A DNA stretch of 58,819 nucleotides, counting the filler, from Basidiobolus ranarum (lineage: Eukaryota), in assembly GCA_040143965.1 (NCBI GenBank). It is 5 parts of 5 records of this genome, joined end to end, with 100 filler letters (N's around TTAATTAATTAA, not from the genome) between each part and the next. Parts side by side here need not be neighbours in the genome. Positions count along the whole stretch, not along the records: positions 1 to 11,710 come from JASJQH010007468.1; 4 more parts are not named here. One strand, 5' to 3'. The position numbers and the translations under genes were made by a program. This document shows positions 1 through 10,985 of this stretch, one piece after another (the first letter of the stretch is position 1; each line of letters starts with the position of its first letter). A model generated the notes under the pieces. That model ran no database searches. It had not been told where the DNA came from and was given only the letters and a program-made list of their open reading frames with translations.

Positions 1-461
1 TGGCACAAAAGGGCATCGATTTAAATTACTGTTGAATGCATTTATAATCATGCTGTATTGAGTTCAGAAAGGTTCTGGGGATAGTTTTGAACTTTCATAT
101 AATCTGGATACTGCAATATAGTTTGAAGTTGGATAGAGTCAAGATACAATGCATGATGATTCGGTGATTAAGTCAGAGATACCCAAGGTTTTGGGAAAGA
201 GCTTTACCAGGAACCAAAGAGTTAAATCCGATTTAAAAATACTTCAAGTCGGGAATGCTAGTTACTCTTGTTGGGAACTGATTAAACTAAAAAATAGGCT
301 GGCTTAGCCGAGGCTATGCGGGGTATTGATGCTAAAATTAGAGTATGAGAAAGTTATGGTGCAACATATATAATTTGACTCAGATTAACATAAATGCTAC
401 GTTAAAGTCACGTCTTAAATCGAGTATAAATATTCCAGTGATTTCCTTTATAGATCAGCAA

Positions 462-3353
462 ATGAGTAAGGTTGAGTTCAGAGAGAAAGATAGGCAAGCG
501 CTTGAGATTCAGAACTGCATTTCTCTAGCTTGCGCTATTTCTGGAAATAAATTTGATGCCGTGAACACTCATCTTTCGCGACCAGGAACTACCATACATA
601 GCGTGGTAAAAACCGCCTCGGAATCACACCACAAATATGTTATTGCTGAATCTGAAGAGAATGGCCTAAAGACAATCTATGTGGCATTTAAGGCTACAGA
701 AACCAAGAAGGATATTCTTACTGATGTAAGTATTGCCAAGTATACACCACTAGGAAGCTTCGATGGAAACATTCACACTGGCTTTTATTGGGAGGCAATG
801 AAAATCCCCTTGGGCTTCTTTATATCTAAGTTAACTCAGAGAAATCAGGAGAATATCAAACTTATCTTCACGGGTCACTCTTTGGGAGGTGCAATTGCCA
901 AATGTGTCGCTCTTACCCTATTACAAACTCCTGGAGTCAGACAAGAACGAATTTCTGTGTATACTTTTGGTTCACCACCCATTGGAGATGAAAAACTCGC
1001 AGAGTTTTGTAATACGAATTACTCCCGGGCTTTTATCGCATTCCGCAACCAGAATGATATTATACCTAACGCTACCAAGGTGGCTCTCATTACGACCGCA
1101 ACGCTACTTAATGCTCTTGGTGGAAACATGTACAACTTTCTCCACAAATCAAGTTGTGCATCGATAGAGTCTCTACAATATTTTATGGACAAAATTAGTA
1201 AAATCACCGATATAGACGATTTTTTCCACTTCGGGCAACATTATACCTATTCTGACGTAACAGAAACGTGGTCTCTTATGTCCAAGGTAGAAATTGATAG
1301 AAACGCTCGAGAAAGCATCGATACCAACGAATTGCTTAAGAAAGGAGTTAAAAGAATAATCAAACATCACTACGTGAAGGAATACTACAATAATCTAGAT
1401 CAGTTTCCTGGAATAAGAGATATTAGAAAGCGCTACTCAAATACTTCACCCATTTCAAATTATACTGGGTGTCTACCAGACATATCTGAGGTTATCATAC
1501 TCTCAAAATACAAGATCGACCGGCAACTCTACTGTGATCTCATCATTAGGGGAACAAACATTTGCCATACTGTCTTCTGGCACAAACAGAAGCGATGCCC
1601 TTGGAAATTAGAAAACACTTTTGCATCAGAAATAACCAAGAGAACTTTAAAGATAGTTTCTAACGATATCTCAAGAGAACAGCTCACGTATGAATCAATC
1701 TTTGGTTCGGTGCGAAAGACCGTGAACATAGTTGACCAAACCTCCAGGAGTTGGAAAAGACGTATTGAAAGCATGGGAATAGGAGAATTACTTAACATTG
1801 GCTTCATGTTTTCCGCCTATAAATTCATTGATGATCAGCAACGTAATCGACTCTGTGTCATCATGGACGACTTGGAGAAGGTTGCTGGCAATCAGGATAC
1901 TGGAATCGACAAAATAGAACTTGACGAAGCGTATGAGCATTTTATCAAACTACTAACTGGGTTGAGCTCGGTTCAAGATGATCATAGAAACAGTCAGTCT
2001 GATACAGATCTGAAACCATTTTCAACCGGTACTTCTATTATAAATACAATCGTCACTGCAACGAGCGATACTATGACTTATACTGAGGCCAGAAGAAGTG
2101 TTGCAGATATGGGAGCATACGAACTGCAACAACGCCTAGCTAAGAATGTGACTCTTAGAGTTCTCCATTTACTCATGGCAGGCGATATGTCCCGGTTCGG
2201 AAATCTTTTCAAGAAGATTGGAATACGTATGGATATCAATGCTAGTTCCTTGTCAGTGCTTAGACGGTGTGCTGTACATGTATCTAAGTTTCTTGTATGC
2301 CCTTACGCCTTATCTATTGTTCCCTCTGCATACACTTCAAGGTCCACGGTTCGAAAACTCGACCAGGATTATCAATACAAAGCATCCCTATACCTGAAGC
2401 ATGTGGAGAAAACTCAGTTCAATACAATGAGTAAAATACTTGGTAAATTGAGTACTGCCTCTACCAAGTCGTACCCCACAACAAAGAAGATACAAAATAT
2501 AGAGGAGTCTATTTATAAATTTTTACGAGAAAAAGGTCTAGTTACATACGAAGATGTTACACAAATCAGGGTTCGGTATGAGAACCTCGATGATAAGCCG
2601 TACAGGGATTTCATCGCTGGGACAAACCTATGGAGTACCAAGGAGAAAGTAATACCACTACTTAATATCCTGGAAGTTACCATGATGGTACACGAAATAC
2701 GCGACATCATCGGAAGTTATTATGTGGTCGGGATTATTGGAGACACCAGGTCAGGCAAGAGCAGTTTCTTGTACAAATTAGGTTTCGACTCGAATCCCAA
2801 CGCATCAGAAAGAATGCTTGATGTAAAGGTTCACCGAACTCAAACAGATAGTACTAAGCTTGTAATGGTAGATTTTCCCGGGATTGGCCCACATCCAAAG
2901 GCCACTCAAGATAGCATCTATTACAATTCTATGATCATTGGCACGTATGTCGTCATTGAAAACATCGAAAGTGCACACAACAGTTCTGATTTCATGGATA
3001 TATTGGCAAAGCATATGATAAGAACGCAAGACAGCAGTAACTATATAATCTTTCTGAGCCATGTTGATGTATACATACTGGATATTCTCAAGAAGCACGG
3101 CATCCCAACTGCGAAAGAAATACTGGGATCCATGATTGCACAACTCCGAATGAAACTTCAACATCTAACCCCGAATGTTGAAATATATCCAGTGTGTCTA
3201 GTTTTGGACTACAACAACCTCCCTGCAGGGCTCGATGAAGGCATCTTGCAATCATGTGGGGTGCTAGATTCAAGGAGAATGATGAACAAGATTAAATGTT
3301 TGCTGAATAGAGAGGGCATAGCATGTGAGTTGGATCACTTTAACTACAGATAG
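462..3353 (+). CDS. Intronless class-3 lipase / C-terminal P-loop (TRAFAC-like) GTPase fusion protein, copy 1
   Basis: ORF 345..3353. The likely start is ATG 462, which follows TATAAA at 425 and aligns with the paralog start. Lipase motifs IFTGHSLGGA, YTFGSPPIGD, NDIIP and a candidate His in KHHYVKEYY. GTPase motifs GIIGDTRSGKS (G1), MVDFPG (G3) and LSHVD (G4-like). Confidence 0.85.
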   Translation: MSKVEFREKDRQALEIQNCISLACAISGNKFDAVNTHLSRPGTTIHSVVKTASESHHKYVIAESEENGLKTIYVAFKATETKKDILTDVSIAKYTPLGSFDGNIHTGFYWEAMKIPLGFFISKLTQRNQENIKLIFTGHSLGGAIAKCVALTLLQTPGVRQERISVYTFGSPPIGDEKLAEFCNTNYSRAFIAFRNQNDIIPNATKVALITTATLLNALGGNMYNFLHKSSCASIESLQYFMDKISKITDIDDFFHFGQHYTYSDVTETWSLMSKVEIDRNARESIDTNELLKKGVKRIIKHHYVKEYYNNLDQFPGIRDIRKRYSNTSPISNYTGCLPDISEVIILSKYKIDRQLYCDLIIRGTNICHTVFWHKQKRCPWKLENTFASEITKRTLKIVSNDISREQLTYESIFGSVRKTVNIVDQTSRSWKRRIESMGIGELLNIGFMFSAYKFIDDQQRNRLCVIMDDLEKVAGNQDTGIDKIELDEAYEHFIKLLTGLSSVQDDHRNSQSDTDLKPFSTGTSIINTIVTATSDTMTYTEARRSVADMGAYELQQRLAKNVTLRVLHLLMAGDMSRFGNLFKKIGIRMDINASSLSVLRRCAVHVSKFLVCPYALSIVPSAYTSRSTVRKLDQDYQYKASLYLKHVEKTQFNTMSKILGKLSTASTKSYPTTKKIQNIEESIYKFLREKGLVTYEDVTQIRVRYENLDDKPYRDFIAGTNLWSTKEKVIPLLNILEVTMMVHEIRDIIGSYYVVGIIGDTRSGKSSFLYKLGFDSNPNASERMLDVKVHRTQTDSTKLVMVDFPGIGPHPKATQDSIYYNSMIIGTYVVIENIESAHNSSDFMDILAKHMIRTQDSSNYIIFLSHVDVYILDILKKHGIPTAKEILGSMIAQLRMKLQHLTPNVEIYPVCLVLDYNNLPAGLDEGILQSCGVLDSRRMMNKIKCLLNREGIACELDHFNYR

Positions 3354-3575
3354 AGATGTCCATAAAGTCAAAGCACAATAAACAAAGTAATATTTGCTAT
3401 CACCGTTTATTTTCTCTCAAGATAAACCTTATATTCACATTCACTGAGGAACCAATCACCGAATTGTCTGGTGGTTTCAGTAAGTATAATCTATGAAGAA
3501 ATGCTGGCATAATTGTTAAATCACGTGGATAAAGGTAGCTAAGTAGACTCACTATTTATCTGTAATCACGATTGT

Positions 3576-3619
3576 CAGATTCCCACCAGATTCCCACCAG
3601 ATTCCCACCAGATTCCCGC
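3576..3619. repeat. 11-bp tandem repeat (CAGATTCCCAC)x3 + CAGATTCCCGC
   Basis: Read directly in the spacer between the two lipase-GTPase genes. Confidence 0.95.
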
Positions 3620-3917
3620 TGATCTCTTTTGAGAGTTTAAATTGACTGAAACCTCAAACTGAATATATATTAGATCACTTGATTACCCGTATCGTAATGA
3701 AACCTAGCCACCTTAGGGTCAAAACACTTAGTATAGTAATATATACCTTCAGTATATCAATATATAATTTTCAGTATAACTTACTGAATCAATAATCTGA
3801 CAATGATCAACACATGATGGAGGTCTGACGTAGCATCATTTGCCTTGACCAACAACACATGTGTACATTCAGGTCTACAATCAACTGATACCCTTCTCTG
3901 AAAAAAATATATAACTG

Positions 3918-6824
3918 ATGTTGCTTGCGCGAATAAAGAGCATCATGTATGAATTTAAAGAAGAATACAGGAAGTTCCTCGAGGTTCAAAATTGTATTTC
4001 CCTAAATTGTGCTCTTTCTGGAACTAGGTTTGACGATTTGGACACTCATCTTGTGAATCTTGGAACAACTATACACAGCTTCGCAACGACTACCTCTTCA
4101 TCTCACTATAAATATATAATTGCCATATCTGATGAAAATAGCCTGAAAACAATCTATATTGCCTTCAATTCTACGGAAACCATCAAGGAGGCTTTCACTG
4201 ACCGAAGTCTACTAAAGTATATGCCATTGGAGACCTCCGACGCTAATATTCATGCTGGGTTATACCGTGAGGCAATGAAGATCCCGTTGGGATATTTTAT
4301 ATCGAAGTTAACTCAGAGCCATGGGGAGAATGTCAAACTTGTCTTCACGGGCCATTCCCTGGGAGGTATCATTGCTGAATGTGTCGCTCTCATTTTGCTA
4401 CCAATACCAGGTGTGAGGCAAGATAGGGTTTCCGTGTACACTTTCGGTTCGCCTCCGATTGGAGATGAAGCTCTTGCTAACTTCTGTGATGAGAAATATT
4501 CCGAAACCTTCTACTCATTCCACCTGCAGAAAGATATTATTCCAATCATTACCCGGGCAGGGCTCTCCTCAGACGTACCTTTGATTAATGTTCTCGGTGG
4601 GCCTCTGTATGATATTCTTAACAAACCTGGCCTTGGGTTTAAAGAGTCTTTGCAATGCTTCAATGAAAGTATTAGAGGTATTACAAGGCCCAATATTCTC
4701 TCTCATTTTGGGAAGCAGTATATCTGCTCTGCTGCAACAGGAGAATGGTCTCAAATGACCAGAGATGATATTATTACCAGTAATCTTGAGCGTATTAGTA
4801 TCAGTGAACTGGAGAATGAAGGGATGAGACACAAGATCCAACAGCACTGGGTGGATACATACTATAGGCACCTGAGAACATTTGAACAGATAAAGTGTGT
4901 TAGGGACCATCTTTTAAAGTATTACCCTCTAACTACTTACACTAGGTGTATTCCGGAGATATTCGAGGTAGTTGCAGTCTCTAAATACAAAATAAATCGA
5001 GAGTACTATTGCGATCTTGCTATCAGAGGGACAAACATTTGTCACGCAGTCTTTTGGCATCAAGAAAAGCGATGTACTTGGAAATTGGAATACACACCCA
5101 AGCCCAAAATCCTAGTCAAAAATTTCAAGGTAGCATCATTCGACATCAGTAAGGAACAACTCGAATATGGGTCCATCTTCAGTCCGGAGAGAAGGCACGT
5201 AGATATCTTTGACCACATCTCTAGTAATTGGGAAAAACGTATAGAAAGTATGGGAATAGGAGAATTACTTAACATTGGCTTCATGTTTTCCGCCTATAAA
5301 TTCATTGATGATCAGCAACGTAATCGACTCTGTATCATCATGGACGACCTGGAGAAGGTTGCTGGCAATCAGGATACTGAAATCTACAAAATAGAACCTG
5401 AAGAAGCATATGAGCATTTTGTCAAACTACTAACTGGATTGAGTTCGGTTCAAGATGCTCATCGAAATAGTCAGTCTTACACAGATCCCAAATCTGATGC
5501 TTCTAGTACTGCTACTGCAACCGCCACTGCAACAAGTGATACTATGACTTATGCTGAGGCCAGGAGAAAAACTACAGATATCGGGGCATACGAACTGCAA
5601 CAACGCTTAACCAAGAGTGTGACTCTTAGAGTTCTCCGTCTGCTCATGGCAATCGATATGTCCTGGTTTAAAAGTTTCCTTAAGAAGATCGGAATGGGGG
5701 TTAGGCCAGGTTCTAAGTCTATACTGACATTTATGACAGATCTACTGAACTTACCCGAGAAGCTAGTGACTACAGCAACCATATCTACGGTACATCATAT
5801 TTACTCTCTAGGCGCCGAAGAATCGAAATCTGGCCATCTAGAGAAGGCATCGTTATATCTGGAATTGGTAGATCAAACCCGTTTGAAAACATTGACAGAA
5901 ATACTTCGGCAATTTAACGTTACTGTTCCTTCTCCAAACACGTATTCGGTTTCGAAGAAGATATACGATATGGAGAAAATTCTTAAGGAACTCTTGTCAG
6001 GAAATGGTTACGAGACATACGAAGATGTTACACGGATCAGGGTCCAGTATGAGAATCATCATTATAAGTCATACAAGGATTTCATCGCTAAGACAAAACT
6101 ATGGAGTACCAAGGAGAAGGTGGTGCCACTACTTAATATCTTGGAAGTCTCCATGATGGTACACGAAATACGCGACATCATTGGAAGTTATTATGTGGTC
6201 GGGATTATTGGAGACACCAGGTCAGGCAAGAGCAGTTTCTTGTACAAATTAGGTTTCGACTCAAATCCCAATGCATCGGAGAGAACTCCTGATGTAAGGG
6301 TCTACCGAACTCAAACAGACAGTACTAAGCTTGTAATGGTAGATTTTCCTGGGATTGACTCGTATTCAACGGTTGCGGAAGATAATATCTATTATAATAC
6401 GATGCTCATTGGCACGTATGTCGCTATTGGAAATATCGAAGATGCCCTCAATAGTTTGCATCTCACCGATATGTTGGCAAAGCATATGATAAGAACGCAA
6501 GACAGCAGTAACTATATAATCTTTCTGAGCCATGTTGATGTATACATACTGGATATTCTCAAGCAGCACGACATCCCAACTGCGAAAGAAAGAGTGGAAT
6601 CCGTGATTGCACTTCTACTTACGCGAATTCGCTATCTTACTCGACGTGTTGAAATATATCCAGTGTGTCTGGTTTTGGACTACAACAACCTCCCTGCAGA
6701 GCTTGATGAAGACATCTTGCAGTCATGTGGGGTGCTAAATCCGAGGAGGATGATGGACAAGATCAAATGCTTTCTGAATAGAGAAGGTGTAGCATGCCAA
6801 TCTGAGCAGTTTAATTACAGATAA
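3918..6824 (+). CDS. Intronless class-3 lipase / P-loop GTPase fusion protein, copy 2
   Basis: 968-aa ORF (start 3918 or 3945). Motifs VFTGHSLGG, YTFGSPPIGD, KDIIP, QHWVDTYY, GDTRSGKS, ERT (G2), DFPG and SHVD. Full-length paralog of copy 1. Confidence 0.85.
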   Translation: MLLARIKSIMYEFKEEYRKFLEVQNCISLNCALSGTRFDDLDTHLVNLGTTIHSFATTTSSSHYKYIIAISDENSLKTIYIAFNSTETIKEAFTDRSLLKYMPLETSDANIHAGLYREAMKIPLGYFISKLTQSHGENVKLVFTGHSLGGIIAECVALILLPIPGVRQDRVSVYTFGSPPIGDEALANFCDEKYSETFYSFHLQKDIIPIITRAGLSSDVPLINVLGGPLYDILNKPGLGFKESLQCFNESIRGITRPNILSHFGKQYICSAATGEWSQMTRDDIITSNLERISISELENEGMRHKIQQHWVDTYYRHLRTFEQIKCVRDHLLKYYPLTTYTRCIPEIFEVVAVSKYKINREYYCDLAIRGTNICHAVFWHQEKRCTWKLEYTPKPKILVKNFKVASFDISKEQLEYGSIFSPERRHVDIFDHISSNWEKRIESMGIGELLNIGFMFSAYKFIDDQQRNRLCIIMDDLEKVAGNQDTEIYKIEPEEAYEHFVKLLTGLSSVQDAHRNSQSYTDPKSDASSTATATATATSDTMTYAEARRKTTDIGAYELQQRLTKSVTLRVLRLLMAIDMSWFKSFLKKIGMGVRPGSKSILTFMTDLLNLPEKLVTTATISTVHHIYSLGAEESKSGHLEKASLYLELVDQTRLKTLTEILRQFNVTVPSPNTYSVSKKIYDMEKILKELLSGNGYETYEDVTRIRVQYENHHYKSYKDFIAKTKLWSTKEKVVPLLNILEVSMMVHEIRDIIGSYYVVGIIGDTRSGKSSFLYKLGFDSNPNASERTPDVRVYRTQTDSTKLVMVDFPGIDSYSTVAEDNIYYNTMLIGTYVAIGNIEDALNSLHLTDMLAKHMIRTQDSSNYIIFLSHVDVYILDILKQHDIPTAKERVESVIALLLTRIRYLTRRVEIYPVCLVLDYNNLPAELDEDILQSCGVLNPRRMMDKIKCFLNREGVACQSEQFNYR

Positions 6825-7189
6825 AATGATTATATCTAACTCGGTTTAAATGAGCCGGATTTCGTGCTCAGAAAACTTATTTTTACAGTTAAAGTGACTG
6901 TCTATTGGATCAGAATTTGGCTAAACCAAATGAAGCGACAACCAAACAGGAAAAACATATAGCTTTTTTAGTTAACACATTCACTTGACCCTCTTAAGGT
7001 TAAAGGATATGCAATGGCCTTGAGTTGCACTTTTTACGTTAAAGTGTAATAAAGTAACCTAATCGTAGGCATAATGAAGCCAGAGAAAGTAATACACTAT
7101 CACTTATAACTGACTAACTATCCAAGATAGATGGTAACTATTCAACTTATGTGAAGCTAGTAATTACATCATCACATATATAGCTTTAT

Positions 7190-7872
7190 CTACATCCAAG
7201 CAACAGCATAGCGCTGTTTGCATTGCTTATTTCTCAAACCTGCTAATAGCACTGTTGATGGTTTCTTCCTCTCAGCAGCTTCCAGTTGATCAGTGGTTTT
7301 CTCATTTTGCAGCGTGTTATGAAGTGAGTAGATAGAGCATTCCTGCTCATAGAAGAGACATGAGAGGCGGCCTGCTCATCTTTGACTATGTACTTCTCAA
7401 CTTCGCTTTGTTAATCTTGGAGTCACAGAGAACGTTTTCAAGTAGAGCGGAACAGATCTTGACCGAGTTTCTCGAACCTAGCACGAGTTAATGAGGTGTA
7501 GAAATTAATTACCCTCCTATAAGGGGCCAATCTCAGCAGATGAGTGTTCTGGGATGACGGTGAGCACGGGGAATACTAGATAAATTCTTCTTAATCTTGC
7601 GTTTGAACTCTGGGAGAAGTGACTTACGAGATCGTCAAAAGCTTCTCTACCTAAGTGAATGTCACCGACAGTGACCTTGGCTTCGGAAATACCACTTTCA
7701 ATAATTAAAAGAGAGACATCGTAGGCGACACCACCAAGATCGAAGATGAGCACATTATTCTCACTGGCCAAGACTAAAGGCTTTTATCTCACCCTTGTAC
7801 TCGACTTGAATCAAAGGCTTGGTATTATGATCAGCAACTTCGAAAGGCTAGTGCTTCATATCAGATTGAAGA
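7190..7872 (-). pseudogene. Internally deleted cytosolic Hsp70 pseudogene
   Basis: Minus-strand pieces [41 protein letters not shown] and EGINFYTSLTRARFE match Hsp70 motifs but carry stops, frameshifts and large deletions. Ends are approximate. Confidence 0.85.
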
Positions 7873-8994
7873 TAAGACTTTTTGAGTGATGGAAAGCAAG
7901 GAGGAGGGAGTACTTCTATGACCAATGCGATAAGAAGTGGAAAGTGATCCATTAGAGTAATTGCTATATCATCTTTTCCATAAAATACACGAACAAGGCA
8001 GTACTGCCATAATTAGTCTTCTTAATCTAGCACGGATGCCATCTGAACCAATGGGCTACTGTTACCCAGTTTATATATAATGGACCAACTAAAAGGAATA
8101 GGTAGTGGATTGGATAGGTTTTGAGCACGACGTGTAACACTCAATGTGTTGCAAAACCTAAAATAGTTATAATATCTATGAATAACTGGATACTTTTGGT
8201 CGAGACGAATAGAGCTTGTAAGATGAATGTACCATGACCGAGGATTAGAACTTGTTAGGAAATTTGTGCATTATAAGATGCTTATCTTCCTACCAATGGT
8301 TAGATCAACGTTATACTAATTACAAAATGGCAACGTTACATCAATAGGTCAAAATGTAACCCAGCCTTACCCTTGATGAGCTTTCAATGAGTAACTATGT
8401 AGCCTTCAGTTAATCTAGATTTCCGATCAACCAGATCCAGCCTAAGATGCAATTTGATATAGTTACCTGCTTAGAGGTAAAAATGGTCAATGTGCGAGTG
8501 TTACTGTGTGAGTGTTACTCAAAACTATCCTAATAAGTAACATAGTTTAGTGTATCTAGCATGTACTATACAAATGCAACTATCTCCCCCAAAGTCAGCC
8601 AACTAAACTCCCATGGTATGGTGCAACAAAAACGTGTATAGTTACAATGTTGAACTATCACTGAGCAGGAGTGACAAATTAAGGTTTTGTCACTTCTTGT
8701 GTCATGATACATGTTTACTTATTTGATAAGTAATATCCATTTATTGGCTCAACTATTTAGATACTACCAACAACTAACTCTAAGACCATGCGGCCTTCCC
8801 ACTTTCTAGTCTTTACCATACCTCGAATAGGTTGTTCTTGTTGCACTTGGTGTGATTAATACATTATAGCAACAGAATGCTGCTTCCTACCATCATCTGA
8901 TCCGAACGTAACTGTCGCATGACGATTATAAAAGGGTGAAGCTACACCCCGTACTTTTTACACCTACATTTTCCCTCAGACAATTGTATCGAAC

Positions 8995-10668
8995 ATGCGC
9001 CTTTTATTAAGCTTGGTGTCAAGTCTGGCACTGATCAATACTGCTTTTTCCTGGGATGTCTTACAGGTATGTGTTTTGATGTCCAGTCGTAAATAAACAT
9101 CTGCCTGCAATAACTACGAGCTGAATTTAAGTCATCCGAGTACTCCATTAATGCTCTGGTTTCCTGCTAATAACATATGTATTTAGACCACTCGATATGG
9201 CTATCGCTGCTTCGAATTCAAAGGTGGACAAGTAGTTATGCAGCCGTGCCGCTCTGAAAACTCTGGACAACGAATTACCATCCGCAAGTGGGGTCCTAGC
9301 CCATCTGGCCTATTTTACGGTGTGATCTCGGCTCCAGTTAATGGTGTCGATCAATGTATGTACGCTGACGGATTGACTCTCAAGGTAAGTAGTAGAATTA
9401 TGATGTCTTCGTATATAGAAATGTAGAAACTAATCATAATTGTTGTTAATGTAGTATGCAAAGTGCAGCGGTAACGACAATGATGCGGCAAAAAGACATT
9501 ATGCATGGGAAATCTTTCGTAAGTATCAACAATAGTTTCAATGATAGTATCAATGCCAGTTTCAACTATGTATATAAATTCATATCATCATGGATACTAA
9601 TTGATGAAACGCCTTCCTCTGTAGCCATTGGCGAAGGATTATTCCAATGGCGAAATCATTGGTATGATCAACATTGTGTTACCGAAGATGGTGGTTCTGG
9701 TGCTGCTCGCCTTGAGGATTGCAACGCAAGTAGCCACGGCCAACAGTACGTATACAACTCAAGAGTTTTCCCTTCTTTGAAAGCTTCTATTTCTTTTCAT
9801 TCTTGCTCTTTGCACATTGAATTAACACTCTCATAGGCTTAACTGGTTTGATTCAGAGCCAGTCAATGGACGCCAATGGAAAGGCCCCAAAGGTGTTTTA
9901 GATATCATATACCCTGGAGCACACAACGCAGGAACGGAAAGCCTGACCCTCGCATTCCGTACTCAAAAATTGAACATCCGACAGTTGCTGGAGAATGGTG
10001 TTCGCTTGTTTGATATTGATACCTGTTTCAAAGATTCCAGGAGTTATGTCTGCCACACTAACATGGAAAAAAGCCATAAACTCCTTGACGTGTTGAACGA
10101 TATTTCCTCATTTTTGAAAGACTACCCTACTGAAGTGGTCATGATTAGAGCTAGTGATTTTAATGACGACAAGGCGAAATTGGCGACTGCTTTTGTTGAA
10201 GATTTTAAGAGAGCTTTCCCAGAGAATATGAGAATTACTAGTGCCAACATCCTCGGCGGTGCTCAGTTGCGCCAGATGGTGCGATACAGACAACAAGTAT
10301 TCATGACCCTCCCCGCTCTTGACATCTATGCAAACGCTGGGTTATACAACGTCCCTGGAGTGGTCAAATTTGACAGCGATGATGGCGCTAGCATCCAATC
10401 TACCTGGTACTCCACCCCTAGAGAAGATGAGTGGAAGTCCGAATCATACCGTATCTGTACCAACTCCCCTCTCAAACGTGCCATCCTTGATTATTATTCG
10501 CAGTTGGCAGGTTTTCCTTACCCTGACTTAACAAACCAGTTAGGTAACACTCAACTCAAAATAGCAGCAAGTGGGTGCCGAAGCAGGGGCAAGAAGATAG
10601 TAGGAGTATTGATGGACTTTATTGACAGAAAGCAAGTCGATGCCATCGAAAAATTGCAGGCCCCATAG
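8995..10668 (+). CDS. Secreted protein: signal peptide + ricin-B-like beta-trefoil + PI-PLC X-domain (PLC-like phosphodiesterase); 5 exons
   Basis: Manual splicing over four GT-AG introns gives MRLLLSLVSSLALINTAFS (signal peptide), three Cys-pair repeats (RCFE..QPC..GQ; QCMY..AKC..YAW; HCVT..EDC..GQQ), then IYPGAHNAG..TQKLNIRQLLENGVRLFDID..VCH..PTEVVMI. TATAAAA at about 8927. Confidence 0.8.
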
Positions 10669-10985
10669 ATGATAAAACTTCACATTGATATCACTTAATT
10701 TAACCTTATGATTCTCATTTACCTTTTTAATAAATAGTTCTTGCTCTAACCAATTCCGATTTATGTGGTGCTTACAATTATCCATACTTGGTTGTGCTAC
10801 TAGTGGTACAGAAGTTGGTGGCTGCAATAGTAAAAAAGTGAAATTGGCAATGGTAAAGGTGGGGCAGATAGTGGCACTATCGCTTATATACTCTACCACT
10901 TTTGCCGAGCTGCTCTCTTGGTAAGAGAGCAGGATCTTAGCGATTTGATTGGTCAAAGTGAGTTAGAGTCATTCTGGTAGGAGCG

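Noticed and set aside
3576-3619. Short repeats as a CRISPR array
   Set aside because: No spacers, no cas genes, and the context is eukaryotic.
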